Source: an uncultured archaeon (GTDB lineage Archaea > Asgardarchaeota > Thorarchaeia > Thorarchaeales > Thorarchaeaceae). From it: a DNA stretch of 32,000 nt. Shown here one piece after another: positions 1-8,697 of this stretch (positions within the stretch are counted from its first letter, which is position 1; every line of letters begins with the position of its first letter). The notes below the pieces were generated by a model, which saw only the letters and a list, made by a program, of their open reading frames with translations, had not been told where the DNA came from and did not search any database. The DNA lies in contig CAYHAA010000001.1 in assembly GCA_964354495.1 (NCBI GenBank), forward strand, positions 188,075-220,074, given 5' to 3'. Both the position numbers and the translations under genes were made by a program.

Positions 1-146
1 CGAAACATGTCCTCTGTCATCAATGATGTAGATGCAGATACGACCAGGAACTTCTGAAACAGGGCTGCCTCAAAATCAATTATCGACCAGCCAAAAGACC
101 TGACTATCGCTATCTCAATCTCTCTATCCATCTCATCCGATTGCAT
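1..146 (-). CDS. Hypothetical protein, 5' part only (runs off left edge)
   Basis: Hand translation from ATG at 146: MQSDEMDREIEIAIVRSFGWSIIDFEAALFQKFLVVSASTSLMTEDMF..., open to position 1; AGGTG RBS-like motif just upstream. Not in the ORF track because it has no stop in the window. Confidence 0.6.
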   Translation of the reverse strand, partial: MQSDEMDREIEIAIVRSFGWSIIDFEAALFQKFLVVSASTSLMTEDMF

Positions 147-359
147 CTCTAAAGACACCTATGACCACACCGACGTTTCATGAGTCTGCAGTTAATTATT
201 GTTCAACGCATATGAATATTTGCGGATGAACCTCTGTCCGATTTTTGACGCCAGTTGGTCCTGAAATCGAACGGTCTGCAGCTTTTTCCCACGAGATCTG
301 ACCATGTTCGCTGCAAAGAGAGGAGAGATGGCTTGGACTGGGCCAAGCCAACACTCCAT

Positions 360-2342
360 CTATCTTCGTTTCATTACAGTGACTGCCACAAGGACCACGA
401 CAAGAACGCCAATTCCAACCGACAGTATCAGGTACATCGTCGTAGGAACAAGCGTAGGTTGCCCTCCACTTGTTGTAGTGGTGTTTGCCGAAGTCGTAGT
501 GGTGGTAGTAGTGGCAGTAGTACTCGTTGTTGTCGTCGTGGTCGTTGTAGTGGTCGCCACTGCAGGCCAGTTGACTGTGAATGATGCGAACACTGCTGTA
601 TTCATGTGGATATCCTGTGCATGGAGTCTGAATACGACTGGACCGTTCACTATGTCTGAGACATTGGCTGCAAAGTGCATGCCGTCATCTGTGACCATTG
701 GTGATTGGATGACGTGAGTTTCATTGTTATAGTTGAGAGATACGGATGAAACACCGCTTGGATCCGTGACTGTTACTGTGACGAGAACCCTCTGACCTTC
801 AGCTGGCGCTGTAGGACTCCATTGAATGTCACTGAATCTTGGCCCAATTTCATCAACATCGTTTATGCCCCATTCAGTGCGGTCCCCTACTGCCCACTCC
901 AAGAAGTTCTCCAAGAAGACAATGTTATCAAACTGAGGTGTCTTTCCATAGTCGAAGTCGCTGAAGAATGTCGTACCTGTGACAAGGATTCGAAGACTGC
1001 CAACTTCCTCCACTGCAGCAAGTGGAATCTGATTACCATAGACACCATCTGCCATGCTGTCATAGATTACTTCTGCTGCTGGTAGTGTCTGATCTGTCTG
1101 ATAGCCTGCATGATCAGCCATAATTACTGGGAGAACCGGAGTGTCATTGAGGAAATAGAGACTTGTGGGGGAGAACATAGTGAATGTACTCACTCCAAAT
1201 GTCAAATTGAGAGTATCTGCAGGCGCAAGCATTGTGTCCAAATCATTGTACCACAATTGGTATGTCCCTGTCATGTACACATTGTCATCTGTGACACGTA
1301 TGTTGGATTCAACTGCCTCTAGTATTTGGTTTGGCCCTGCAATGTCGGTGTAGGTTGAGAAGTCTCCTCGACCTGTCAACAGGATTGATTTGTTGCCTGT
1401 GACTGCCCAATCTGATATTGCAATGAGCTCAGCGGCAGAATATGCATCAAGACCGCAGGTTGCGATTAACAGGTCTACACCCACAAGGTCACCGCTAGTG
1501 AACGCTGTCGTTTGCTTTCTCATCTCGAAGCCTTCCCTGCTTAGACTAATGTTCAGCGATGTCAGTTGATCCGAGAGGTCAATGTAGTCATTCTGGTGTG
1601 CATAGTCAACGAGAGCGATATGTTCATACAGGATGCTAACATCGGGCGGAGCAACGAACTGTGTGAGGGAGTAAAATATAGACAAGCACCCGTTGATGGC
1701 GTTTGTGAGACAATTCTCTGTGAACGCCTTGATTGTAGCATTCGTCATCAGTGCGACGGAGCCGCTCTCGGGGTACACATCGACTACCATGTCATAGTAC
1801 TGGTGCGCGTATGTTGCCCCGTCCACAACCATCTGGCTGACATTTGTGACCGTGCTCTCTGCGAGGGCTCCAATTGTCAGTGAGCCAAGGTTATTATTGA
1901 TGTCCGTTTCATAGGCGCTATGTCCTGCCCAGATCTCATCGGTGTGAACAGGTATGTTGGGGTCTGAGAAGTAGTGGCTCATGACCCCTAATGCAAAGAA
2001 GCCATCTTCCCAGTTGCCTGAGGTGAAATTATCCCTCGTGAAGTTGAACCATCTCTGCGCCGCGCTGGGTGCGTTATGCTCTCCCGTGAGTGGGTAGTAG
2101 CTATGGTTATCCCAGTCTTGCCAGACTTGGTCAGGCGTTGCCAATCCCGCCATGATTTCCGGTCTGTAGAAACCAAAGACTTCTTTCCATGTTGAATTGG
2201 TGAGCGCATCGATTGCCTCCGAAGCAATTTCCATGTGGGTCGCAAGACCCCAAGCCTCAGCCTGCAATGTCATCGGGGAAAGAGTCACTGCTGTGAACAG
2301 TGGCGATACTAGGATGATTAGGATAACACATGCTTTTCTCAT
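360..2342 (-). CDS. Secreted, membrane-anchored Zn-dependent phospholipase C / S1-P1 nuclease family protein with GIFT/DUF4350-like domain
   Basis: Signal peptide ending AEA|WGLATH puts Trp at the mature N-terminus. Zn-ligand motifs TPD, DNHS, SHYFSD, PVHT and GHSAYE are present. Central domain starts IALVDYAHQND. Thr-rich linker, TM helix and KRR tail follow. Confidence 0.8.
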   Translation of the reverse strand: MRKACVILIILVSPLFTAVTLSPMTLQAEAWGLATHMEIASEAIDALTNSTWKEVFGFYRPEIMAGLATPDQVWQDWDNHSYYPLTGEHNAPSAAQRWFNFTRDNFTSGNWEDGFFALGVMSHYFSDPNIPVHTDEIWAGHSAYETDINNNLGSLTIGALAESTVTNVSQMVVDGATYAHQYYDMVVDVYPESGSVALMTNATIKAFTENCLTNAINGCLSIFYSLTQFVAPPDVSILYEHIALVDYAHQNDYIDLSDQLTSLNISLSREGFEMRKQTTAFTSGDLVGVDLLIATCGLDAYSAAELIAISDWAVTGNKSILLTGRGDFSTYTDIAGPNQILEAVESNIRVTDDNVYMTGTYQLWYNDLDTMLAPADTLNLTFGVSTFTMFSPTSLYFLNDTPVLPVIMADHAGYQTDQTLPAAEVIYDSMADGVYGNQIPLAAVEEVGSLRILVTGTTFFSDFDYGKTPQFDNIVFLENFLEWAVGDRTEWGINDVDEIGPRFSDIQWSPTAPAEGQRVLVTVTVTDPSGVSSVSLNYNNETHVIQSPMVTDDGMHFAANVSDIVNGPVVFRLHAQDIHMNTAVFASFTVNWPAVATTTTTTTTTTSTTATTTTTTTSANTTTTSGGQPTLVPTTMYLILSVGIGVLVVVLVAVTVMKRR

Positions 2343-2417
2343 GACCGAACCCTGTATCTCAGGCAGTATTAAGTGGTGCGATTGGCAAGGACAGACCTGC
2401 CAATCGCATTAGATGCT

Positions 2418-4877
2418 CTATGAGCCGCGCCTCTTCATCATGACGAGAGCAACGATAAGTATGACCGCTGCTCCAGCGCCTCCAATTGCGGCGATTATCA
2501 TTGGGTCAAGAGGCTGTGACGTTACAGTCGTTGTAGTCGTCGTTGTTGTTGTAGTAGTCGGCGTAGTTCCTCCTGGCAAGGTCACGACCAGCTCACTCAG
2601 ATGGAATGTATCTCCGTAGGTTGTCACTACTCTCACATGGAAAGTAATGTCTGCTCCAGGAGCATAGGACGCCAAGGTGATATCATATGTATTCCAACCC
2701 TTAATCATGGCCGTGCTTGTTTCTCCAGTTCCATCATCGTAGAAGAGAGTCACAGAACTGATCAATCCTGTAGCGGCTCTGCCTACGTAGAATTGGATGT
2801 CCACATCATACTCCTCCCCGTTCTCCCGTACTAGATATGAAACATTGTCAATCACATTTCTAAAACGGAACATGAACGGCATCAGATCTGAGGTATTGAA
2901 GTCATGAAGATAGAGGTAGTAGAATGCTAGTCCATGAGGGTTGGTGTGGCCATCAAGAAGTGTGCTCTTTGAGTTTCCTGCAGGTGCATCCACGATGTAG
3001 TTTGGCGAACCAAAGGATACCGAGGAGGAGATGTAGAAGGAAGCATTGAATGAGACTGGGTATGTGTGGTTATTAAAGAATGCCACCGTGAGGTCAAAGT
3101 CTGCATCGGCGTCAAGACTTGAAGGCGCTGTAATCTCGATATTCAAGCCAATGGCTTCTGCTGATGTTGCATTTGCAGCCAAATTCACGGCTCTTATTGG
3201 ATTCCAATAATCGAGCGAGATGTCCGCACAGTCCATATACCACTCTGAGAGACCCACTTCGTTACCTGCATTCTTCAGAGATTGGATTACTGCATGAGCT
3301 GCGGTTACCCCTGCCTTTGCTTCCTCAAGGATTACGAGATATCTGTCTACCCAGAGTGCATCTCCATAGACCATGCTGCTGAGTGTATCAAGAATGACAA
3401 CGCGTCTATTGAGGACTGCATCCACAATATCGTTGTCCGAAATAGTCCCATCAGGCCCAGATGGATTCAAGACAAAGATGGCAGTAGCAGTGGCACCTAC
3501 CATTGCCGCATAGTGATGATCATTCGCACCCATGAAGTTGTAGAGAAGTCCTAGCTCGCCCTCACCGCGGAAGTAGTTGCTGTTGACTACTTCGATTGCA
3601 TCAAAACCATAACTCTCGAAGTTCTCAAAGACAGTCGCATAGTTTGGTGATATTCCGGGGTGACAGAAAGTTGCTATTCCTCCCTGGGCATGAATCTCAT
3701 CGACTCCGGTCTGCTGATCGTCAGTCCAGATGTTTTCCGTCAATGGGAAACCTGTAGTATGCAAGATTGATGAGAGTTCTGCTCCAACCGTGACATGGAT
3801 GTCCAAGTCATATTCATTGGCAATAACCTCCATAGCCTGTCCACCAGTGATGCCCTCGATTGGTGTGGGATTCTTATGAGAATGGTCTGTCATGACCATG
3901 AAGTCCATGGCACGTTCAAGACCCGTATCCAGCATTTCTTCAGGAGTGTTCTGTCCATCGCTGTGTGTAGTGTGGTCATGATACTGTCCGACGAACAACT
4001 CGTATTCCTCTACTTCTGAAGGACTCAGGTTCGGCCCGTTGCCGACCGTAATCCTTGCAATCTCAGGGACAACAGCAACACGTCTGGGATTTCCAGCAAG
4101 CCAGTCTACCGTATTGAGAGAGTACTGCATATGCGATTCTCCATGGGTATACGAGTCATGTCGATAGAAGATGAAGGGTCCAGCAGAACCAGCACACACG
4201 ACTCTTCCCAGTCCATATTCGGAAACAGCGGTCAGGTTTTTGCCGGAAGATGAGATGACAGTCTGAGCAGGTCCGGTCACATTCAAGCTGCAGCCACTGA
4301 ACTGGTCTACATTGGTCCATTGAGACGTCAATCCATAGGTGATGTTATGCTCTGGAAAGGATGTCACAACGATGTCCACTAGATCCTGTGTGAAAGTAAT
4401 ACCAAACACTGAGGATATGGGGTCCATATAGGATGTCTTGAATCCCCAAGTGTTTCCATAACTCACCCCAACAAGAAGAAGGCCTCCGCCATTGTCAACA
4501 AACGAAGTTATCGCAGATATCTCACCCGCTGTGAAGGCAATCTGTGGGAAGAAGACTACCAATATGCCATAGCTCGCCAGAATGCCTGAGTCCAGAGCCT
4601 GGTCGAAATTAGTGGACGAATTGTAGCCGCTGACCCCAAGAAGCCAACTGAACAATGATGCGTTACCGGGTGCCCATATCGAGCTTCCATTGGCTGCATG
4701 TGACTCGTCGAAGAGTATATTCTTGCTCACAAAATCTGCGGTCTTGTATGCGCCTTCGTCAGCGATTATATCACTACTCGAAAATGTGAATGGCACGAAA
4801 CAGACAGACAGAGTGAGGATTAGCATTACAGCAAGCAGATGTGTCCTTCGTCCGTGATGCAAATCATCGTCCTCCAA
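2418..4877 (-). CDS. Secreted, membrane-anchored PHP-family (CehA/McbA-like) metallohydrolase with N-terminal GIFT/DUF4350-like domain
   Basis: PHP motifs HDHTTHSDG, MTDH, GAE, CHP, DAIEV and NDHH. N-terminal domain ILFDESH...FTAGE...FVDNGGGLLL. Signal peptide, Thr linker, TM helix and KRR tail. TTG start is uncertain. Confidence 0.8.
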   Translation of the reverse strand: MEDDDLHHGRRTHLLAVMLILTLSVCFVPFTFSSSDIIADEGAYKTADFVSKNILFDESHAANGSSIWAPGNASLFSWLLGVSGYNSSTNFDQALDSGILASYGILVVFFPQIAFTAGEISAITSFVDNGGGLLLVGVSYGNTWGFKTSYMDPISSVFGITFTQDLVDIVVTSFPEHNITYGLTSQWTNVDQFSGCSLNVTGPAQTVISSSGKNLTAVSEYGLGRVVCAGSAGPFIFYRHDSYTHGESHMQYSLNTVDWLAGNPRRVAVVPEIARITVGNGPNLSPSEVEEYELFVGQYHDHTTHSDGQNTPEEMLDTGLERAMDFMVMTDHSHKNPTPIEGITGGQAMEVIANEYDLDIHVTVGAELSSILHTTGFPLTENIWTDDQQTGVDEIHAQGGIATFCHPGISPNYATVFENFESYGFDAIEVVNSNYFRGEGELGLLYNFMGANDHHYAAMVGATATAIFVLNPSGPDGTISDNDIVDAVLNRRVVILDTLSSMVYGDALWVDRYLVILEEAKAGVTAAHAVIQSLKNAGNEVGLSEWYMDCADISLDYWNPIRAVNLAANATSAEAIGLNIEITAPSSLDADADFDLTVAFFNNHTYPVSFNASFYISSSVSFGSPNYIVDAPAGNSKSTLLDGHTNPHGLAFYYLYLHDFNTSDLMPFMFRFRNVIDNVSYLVRENGEEYDVDIQFYVGRAATGLISSVTLFYDDGTGETSTAMIKGWNTYDITLASYAPGADITFHVRVVTTYGDTFHLSELVVTLPGGTTPTTTTTTTTTTTVTSQPLDPMIIAAIGGAGAAVILIVALVMMKRRGS

Positions 4878-4989
4878 GGTAACCTTGGTACTACATATGT
4901 GCTGATAAATAACTTCCTCTATCTACAAATGGTCCTTGACTTCAAGTCACTCAGAAATCTAATTCTCGATAGTCGTTTACAGAACTTGA

Positions 4990-5029
4990 CAAAAAGAAGA
5001 GGGGGTAGTCTGAGTTAGCCTCAGACTAC
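4990..5029 (-). terminator. Hairpin plus U-rich tract terminator candidate
   Basis: Perfect 10-bp stem GTAGTCTGAG (5005-5014) / CTCAGACTAC (5020-5029) with a 5-nt loop. On the minus strand it is followed by CCCCTCTTCTTTTT and lies 12 nt after the stop at 5042. Confidence 0.65.
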
Positions 5030-5041
5030 ATATTCTATCAT

Positions 5042-7027
5042 CTAACGCTTGCGCATAATGACGGCTACAACAAGAATGATGACAACTGCTCCAATACCTA
5101 TGGATGCTAAGAGCAATGGATCGAAGCCAGGGGGTGCAGTAGTTGTCGTAGTAGTGGTAGTTGTCGTAGTTGTTGTTGTTGTCGTAGTTGTCACTATTTC
5201 AGGTGCAGCTAGGTTCATTCCGAAGTCAATTGCCTGCCTGATCAAGTAATGGCCATTCATGCCAGCTCGACCCGAGTACAGGTCTTCTATCATTGGCCAG
5301 TAATGACCATATGGCGAACCACCAGAGACCACTAGGACGCTGTTATTCGCATCTCCTGCATTGACTTCCATTGTGACAGCAGCAAACTCTCCCTTCTGAC
5401 CATTCGTGTGTGCGTATGGTGCTAGAATGTCGCTGTCTACGATTGTTGCGTTCCTGCTGTGCTGTAGAAGCACATAGACATTAGTGATACTTGTAGTTTC
5501 AAGAGCCACAGCACTGACGTTCTCGCCTGGAGTGGCACTGTTACTGCCGTACAGGCAGGTAGGGCTGTGGATCATCACAGCTGTGACTCCGTTCACAACA
5601 GATGCTACAAACGGGTCCGTTCCTGTGACATTCGCCACAGGTCTGTATGCTGCGCCAGCCATGCTGACAGGATCCTGCACTGAGGTAGGCTCAAGGTACA
5701 CATGCGAACCGACTGCCTCAAGGATCAGGGTCATGTTGTCATTGATTCTCTGACCACCACTTGCCTCAACGAAGTCAGATTCGCCAGCTACCCACATGAA
5801 TTTGTTGCCAGCATTGAACCAGTTTGCTACAGCAGTGACCTCTGCGGGCAATAAGAGCATATTAGCGCCCCAGATCTTATTGAGGATAAGAGCGTCTGCA
5901 TCCGCGAGGATTGTTGAGTTCAGTCCACCCCAGAGGAATACGACTTCGTACCCCATAAGGAAGAGCGAAGTGTATAGACGCTGGTCAATGTTATAGACCG
6001 CGCTCTTGTACTGCCCGTGTGAGTAGTCAACAAGGATTTTGCCTCCAATTGGGTCAGTTGCTGCGTGTAGGATCCCATACACAATCAGATTCTTGATGAA
6101 TCGCAATCCATCCATGCCAGCACGGCCAGAGTAATTGCTCTCTGTCATCGGCCAGTAGTGACCATATGGGGAACCGCCTGACACAACAAGCGCACCTGTT
6201 CCAGCAGTCCCCGCGTGCGTTTCCAGTGCTACTGTGGCAAACTTGCCCTTCTGACCATTTGTGTGTGCATATGGTGCCAGCAGGTCGCTGTCAACAATTG
6301 TAGCATTGATGCTGTGCTGTAGAAGCACATAGACATCCTCAATGCTTGTGGTCTCAAGGGCAACAGCGCTGACGTTCTCGCCTGGAGTGGCACTGTTACT
6401 GCCGTATAGAATGGTTGGACTGTGAACCATTACTTCTTGAATACCTTCTACAATACCTGCCATATTTGGATTCTTGGTCGTTTCATTTGCTACAGGTCTG
6501 TACGCCGCTCCAGCCATGCATACTGCGTCCTGAACCGATGTGGGCTCAAGATAGACGTGCGAACCAACCGCCTCGAGGACAAGTGTCATGTTGTCATTAA
6601 TCTTCTGACCACCACTTGCCTCAACGAAGTCAGACTCGCCAGCTACCCAGAGGAACTTATGTCCCGCATTGAACCAGGTAGCAATAGCTGAAACCTCTGC
6701 GGGCAATAAAAGCATATCAGCACCCCAGATTTTATTCAGGATTAGAGCGTCTGCATCCGCGAGAATCGTTGAGTTTATTCCTCCCCAGAGGAATACAACT
6801 TCAAATCCCATCAGAGTAAGGTTGCCTACTAGATAATTATCAAGGTACGCAACAGCACTCTTGTATTGACCGTGGGAGTAATCGATGAGGATTTTTCCCA
6901 TTGGTCCTGTTTCTGAAGCGGGAGTTGAAGCAACTGCAACTGTCGGGATGGAACAGACGAGCACTGAGACCATCAGAATCGCAGCTGCAGCGGCGATTGT
7001 GGCCTTTTTCATATCTCTGTTTATCAT
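5042..7027 (-). CDS. Cell-surface protein with two tandem GIFT/DUF4350-like domains
   Basis: Signal peptide; two ~285-aa copies beginning GKIL(I/V)DYSHGQY; Thr linker, PGF-DP, TM helix, RKR; AGGAG RBS upstream of ATG 7027. Confidence 0.8.
   Translation of the reverse strand: MINRDMKKATIAAAAAILMVSVLVCSIPTVAVASTPASETGPMGKILIDYSHGQYKSAVAYLDNYLVGNLTLMGFEVVFLWGGINSTILADADALILNKIWGADMLLLPAEVSAIATWFNAGHKFLWVAGESDFVEASGGQKINDNMTLVLEAVGSHVYLEPTSVQDAVCMAGAAYRPVANETTKNPNMAGIVEGIQEVMVHSPTILYGSNSATPGENVSAVALETTSIEDVYVLLQHSINATIVDSDLLAPYAHTNGQKGKFATVALETHAGTAGTGALVVSGGSPYGHYWPMTESNYSGRAGMDGLRFIKNLIVYGILHAATDPIGGKILVDYSHGQYKSAVYNIDQRLYTSLFLMGYEVVFLWGGLNSTILADADALILNKIWGANMLLLPAEVTAVANWFNAGNKFMWVAGESDFVEASGGQRINDNMTLILEAVGSHVYLEPTSVQDPVSMAGAAYRPVANVTGTDPFVASVVNGVTAVMIHSPTCLYGSNSATPGENVSAVALETTSITNVYVLLQHSRNATIVDSDILAPYAHTNGQKGEFAAVTMEVNAGDANNSVLVVSGGSPYGHYWPMIEDLYSGRAGMNGHYLIRQAIDFGMNLAAPEIVTTTTTTTTTTTTTTTTTTAPPGFDPLLLASIGIGAVVIILVVAVIMRKR
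5200..6905. repeat. Intragenic tandem duplication, unit 855 bp (boundaries approximate)
   Basis: Matching blocks at a constant 855-bp offset: 5514-5551 = 6369-6406 (38 nt identical), 5749-5779 = 6604-6634 (31 nt identical), 5891/6746 and 6006/6861. Confidence 0.95.
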
Positions 7028-7162
7028 AAGTTCGTCTCCTATTCCATGACGTGCTTTGCACTTCAGTTGGAACCTGTGGAAAGCTCCTTATGAATAATTC
7101 GGACGGTAGTTTTATTAGAAGTCCTCCTTACCTCTTCTGGGACGATTCTTTTCTAGAGAGTG

Positions 7163-7201
7163 AAATATAATAACGGGTATGTTTCCATTATCGATTAGGA
7201 G
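7163..7201 (+). promoter_or_regulatory. TATA box and RBS for the ABC operon
   Basis: AAATATAAT at 7163-7171 and AGGAG at 7197-7201, ahead of ATG 7210. Confidence 0.5.
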
Positions 7202-7209
7202 CCAAGTCA

Positions 7210-8667
7210 ATGAGTGAGTTTGAAGCGTCAAGAAACGTGAAAACATCAGTACTAGCTGTGGCTGTTATTGTGATAATTGGTGTTGCTGCTACATCGTTCA
7301 TATTTCTGGGAGGCTTTCTGAATCCTGGAACGACTACAACAACTACAACAACTACATCTGGACCCTTTACTCTAACAATCCTCACTAGACATGATGTCGC
7401 TATCCATAATGTGTATGAGCCGGCTTTCCTAGCCACTGATTACGCTATTGCGCATCAGATAACTGATATAGACTGGAAGAGCCCCGATGCATCCTTCTGG
7501 GATACCCTCATAGATTTAGGTCAAGTTGATGTTTGTTGGGGTGGAGGCCCAACAGTCTTCGATCAGTTGATGACTGACGGGCGTATTGCACCATTGAACA
7601 GTACTCTGATGCAGGAAGCGGCTGCTCGAATTCCAGACGAAATCGCTGGAGCAGATATGAAACGCTGGAACTCAGAGAGTCAACTTATGTGGATTGCTGC
7701 TGCGATTTCATCATTTGGTTTTACAGTGAATCACGACTTTCTTGACACGCACAGTCTTCCTACACCCACAAATTGGACTGATCTTGCAGATCCTATTTGG
7801 GGAAGTCTTTTGCCCTCTATTCCCACAATAGGAGTGGGCAATGCACCTGACACTACATCCAACACTCGAATCTACGAGATTATGACGCAGGGTCTTGGTT
7901 GGGACGCAGGTTGGATCAACATGGCAAGAATCGTAGGAAGCTCGAACGTATACGGTGGTTCTGTCGATGTGCAGCTGGCTGTCCGGGCTGGAGAAGTTGG
8001 CATTGGCATGACTATTGACTTCTACGGTTTCCAGAATGAGAAAATGAATCCCGATTGTGAATACATTATACCGACAGATCAGACGATTGTCAATGGTGAC
8101 CCAATCGCCATAGCTGCAAATGCCCCGCACAAGGAGGCAGCTGAAGCTTTTCTCGATTTTGTCCTATCTGCCCGTGGTCAGGTGCTATGGCTTGATGATA
8201 GCATCCTTAGAATGCCAGTGATGGAAGAGGCATTCTGGGAGCCCGAGGCGGCAGACAATCAGGGTCTCTACGCATCATTCAATCAGACCAAAGCCACTGT
8301 CGGAATTGACTTTAATGACACACTCTCGCTCAATACCAACACGGCATTGGTTTACTATTGGCAATCCGTCTTCTCAGATGCGCAGACTGAACTCGTACAA
8401 TGCTGGGCAGAAATCCTGACGAAGTATTACGGTGGCATCATCAATGGAACCATGCTTGACTACTATGCTGGCCTAATGGGCATGCCTGTGTCTGCTTTGG
8501 ACTATAAGACCTCAGTCCTGGAGCAATTCACCCTTGATTATGCTCTGAGCATAAACCATGACATGACATATGACGCTACTTACAATTCTCAGATGAAGAT
8601 TAGGTGGACAAACGCAGCCAAGTCTCAGTACATCTCAGTCTACAACATAGTTCATGCACTGACATAG
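7210..8667 (+). CDS. ABC transporter substrate-binding protein, AfuA/FbpA (Fe3+/thiamine/sugar-phosphate) class
   Basis: N-terminal TM anchor plus Thr linker; motifs DVCWGGG, GFTVN, PTNWTDL, NGDPIAI and AEAFLDFVLS..GQ; lies upstream of a permease and ATPase. Confidence 0.85.
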   Translation: MSEFEASRNVKTSVLAVAVIVIIGVAATSFIFLGGFLNPGTTTTTTTTTSGPFTLTILTRHDVAIHNVYEPAFLATDYAIAHQITDIDWKSPDASFWDTLIDLGQVDVCWGGGPTVFDQLMTDGRIAPLNSTLMQEAAARIPDEIAGADMKRWNSESQLMWIAAAISSFGFTVNHDFLDTHSLPTPTNWTDLADPIWGSLLPSIPTIGVGNAPDTTSNTRIYEIMTQGLGWDAGWINMARIVGSSNVYGGSVDVQLAVRAGEVGIGMTIDFYGFQNEKMNPDCEYIIPTDQTIVNGDPIAIAANAPHKEAAEAFLDFVLSARGQVLWLDDSILRMPVMEEAFWEPEAADNQGLYASFNQTKATVGIDFNDTLSLNTNTALVYYWQSVFSDAQTELVQCWAEILTKYYGGIINGTMLDYYAGLMGMPVSALDYKTSVLEQFTLDYALSINHDMTYDATYNSQMKIRWTNAAKSQYISVYNIVHALT

Positions 8668-8697
8668 TTTCAATTCATAGGAAGAGGGAATATCGCG

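Noticed and set aside
475-560. Trinucleotide-like GTN/ACN repeats (also ~2520-2565, ~5135-5195, ~7330-7360) as microsatellite or CRISPR
   Set aside because: These are degenerate Thr codons within coding linkers, with no repeat-spacer structure.
304-717. Poly-Val ORFs on the opposite strand (304-717, 2413-2619, 5049-5249, 7188-7436)
   Set aside because: They are antisense shadows of the Thr-codon linkers in real genes.
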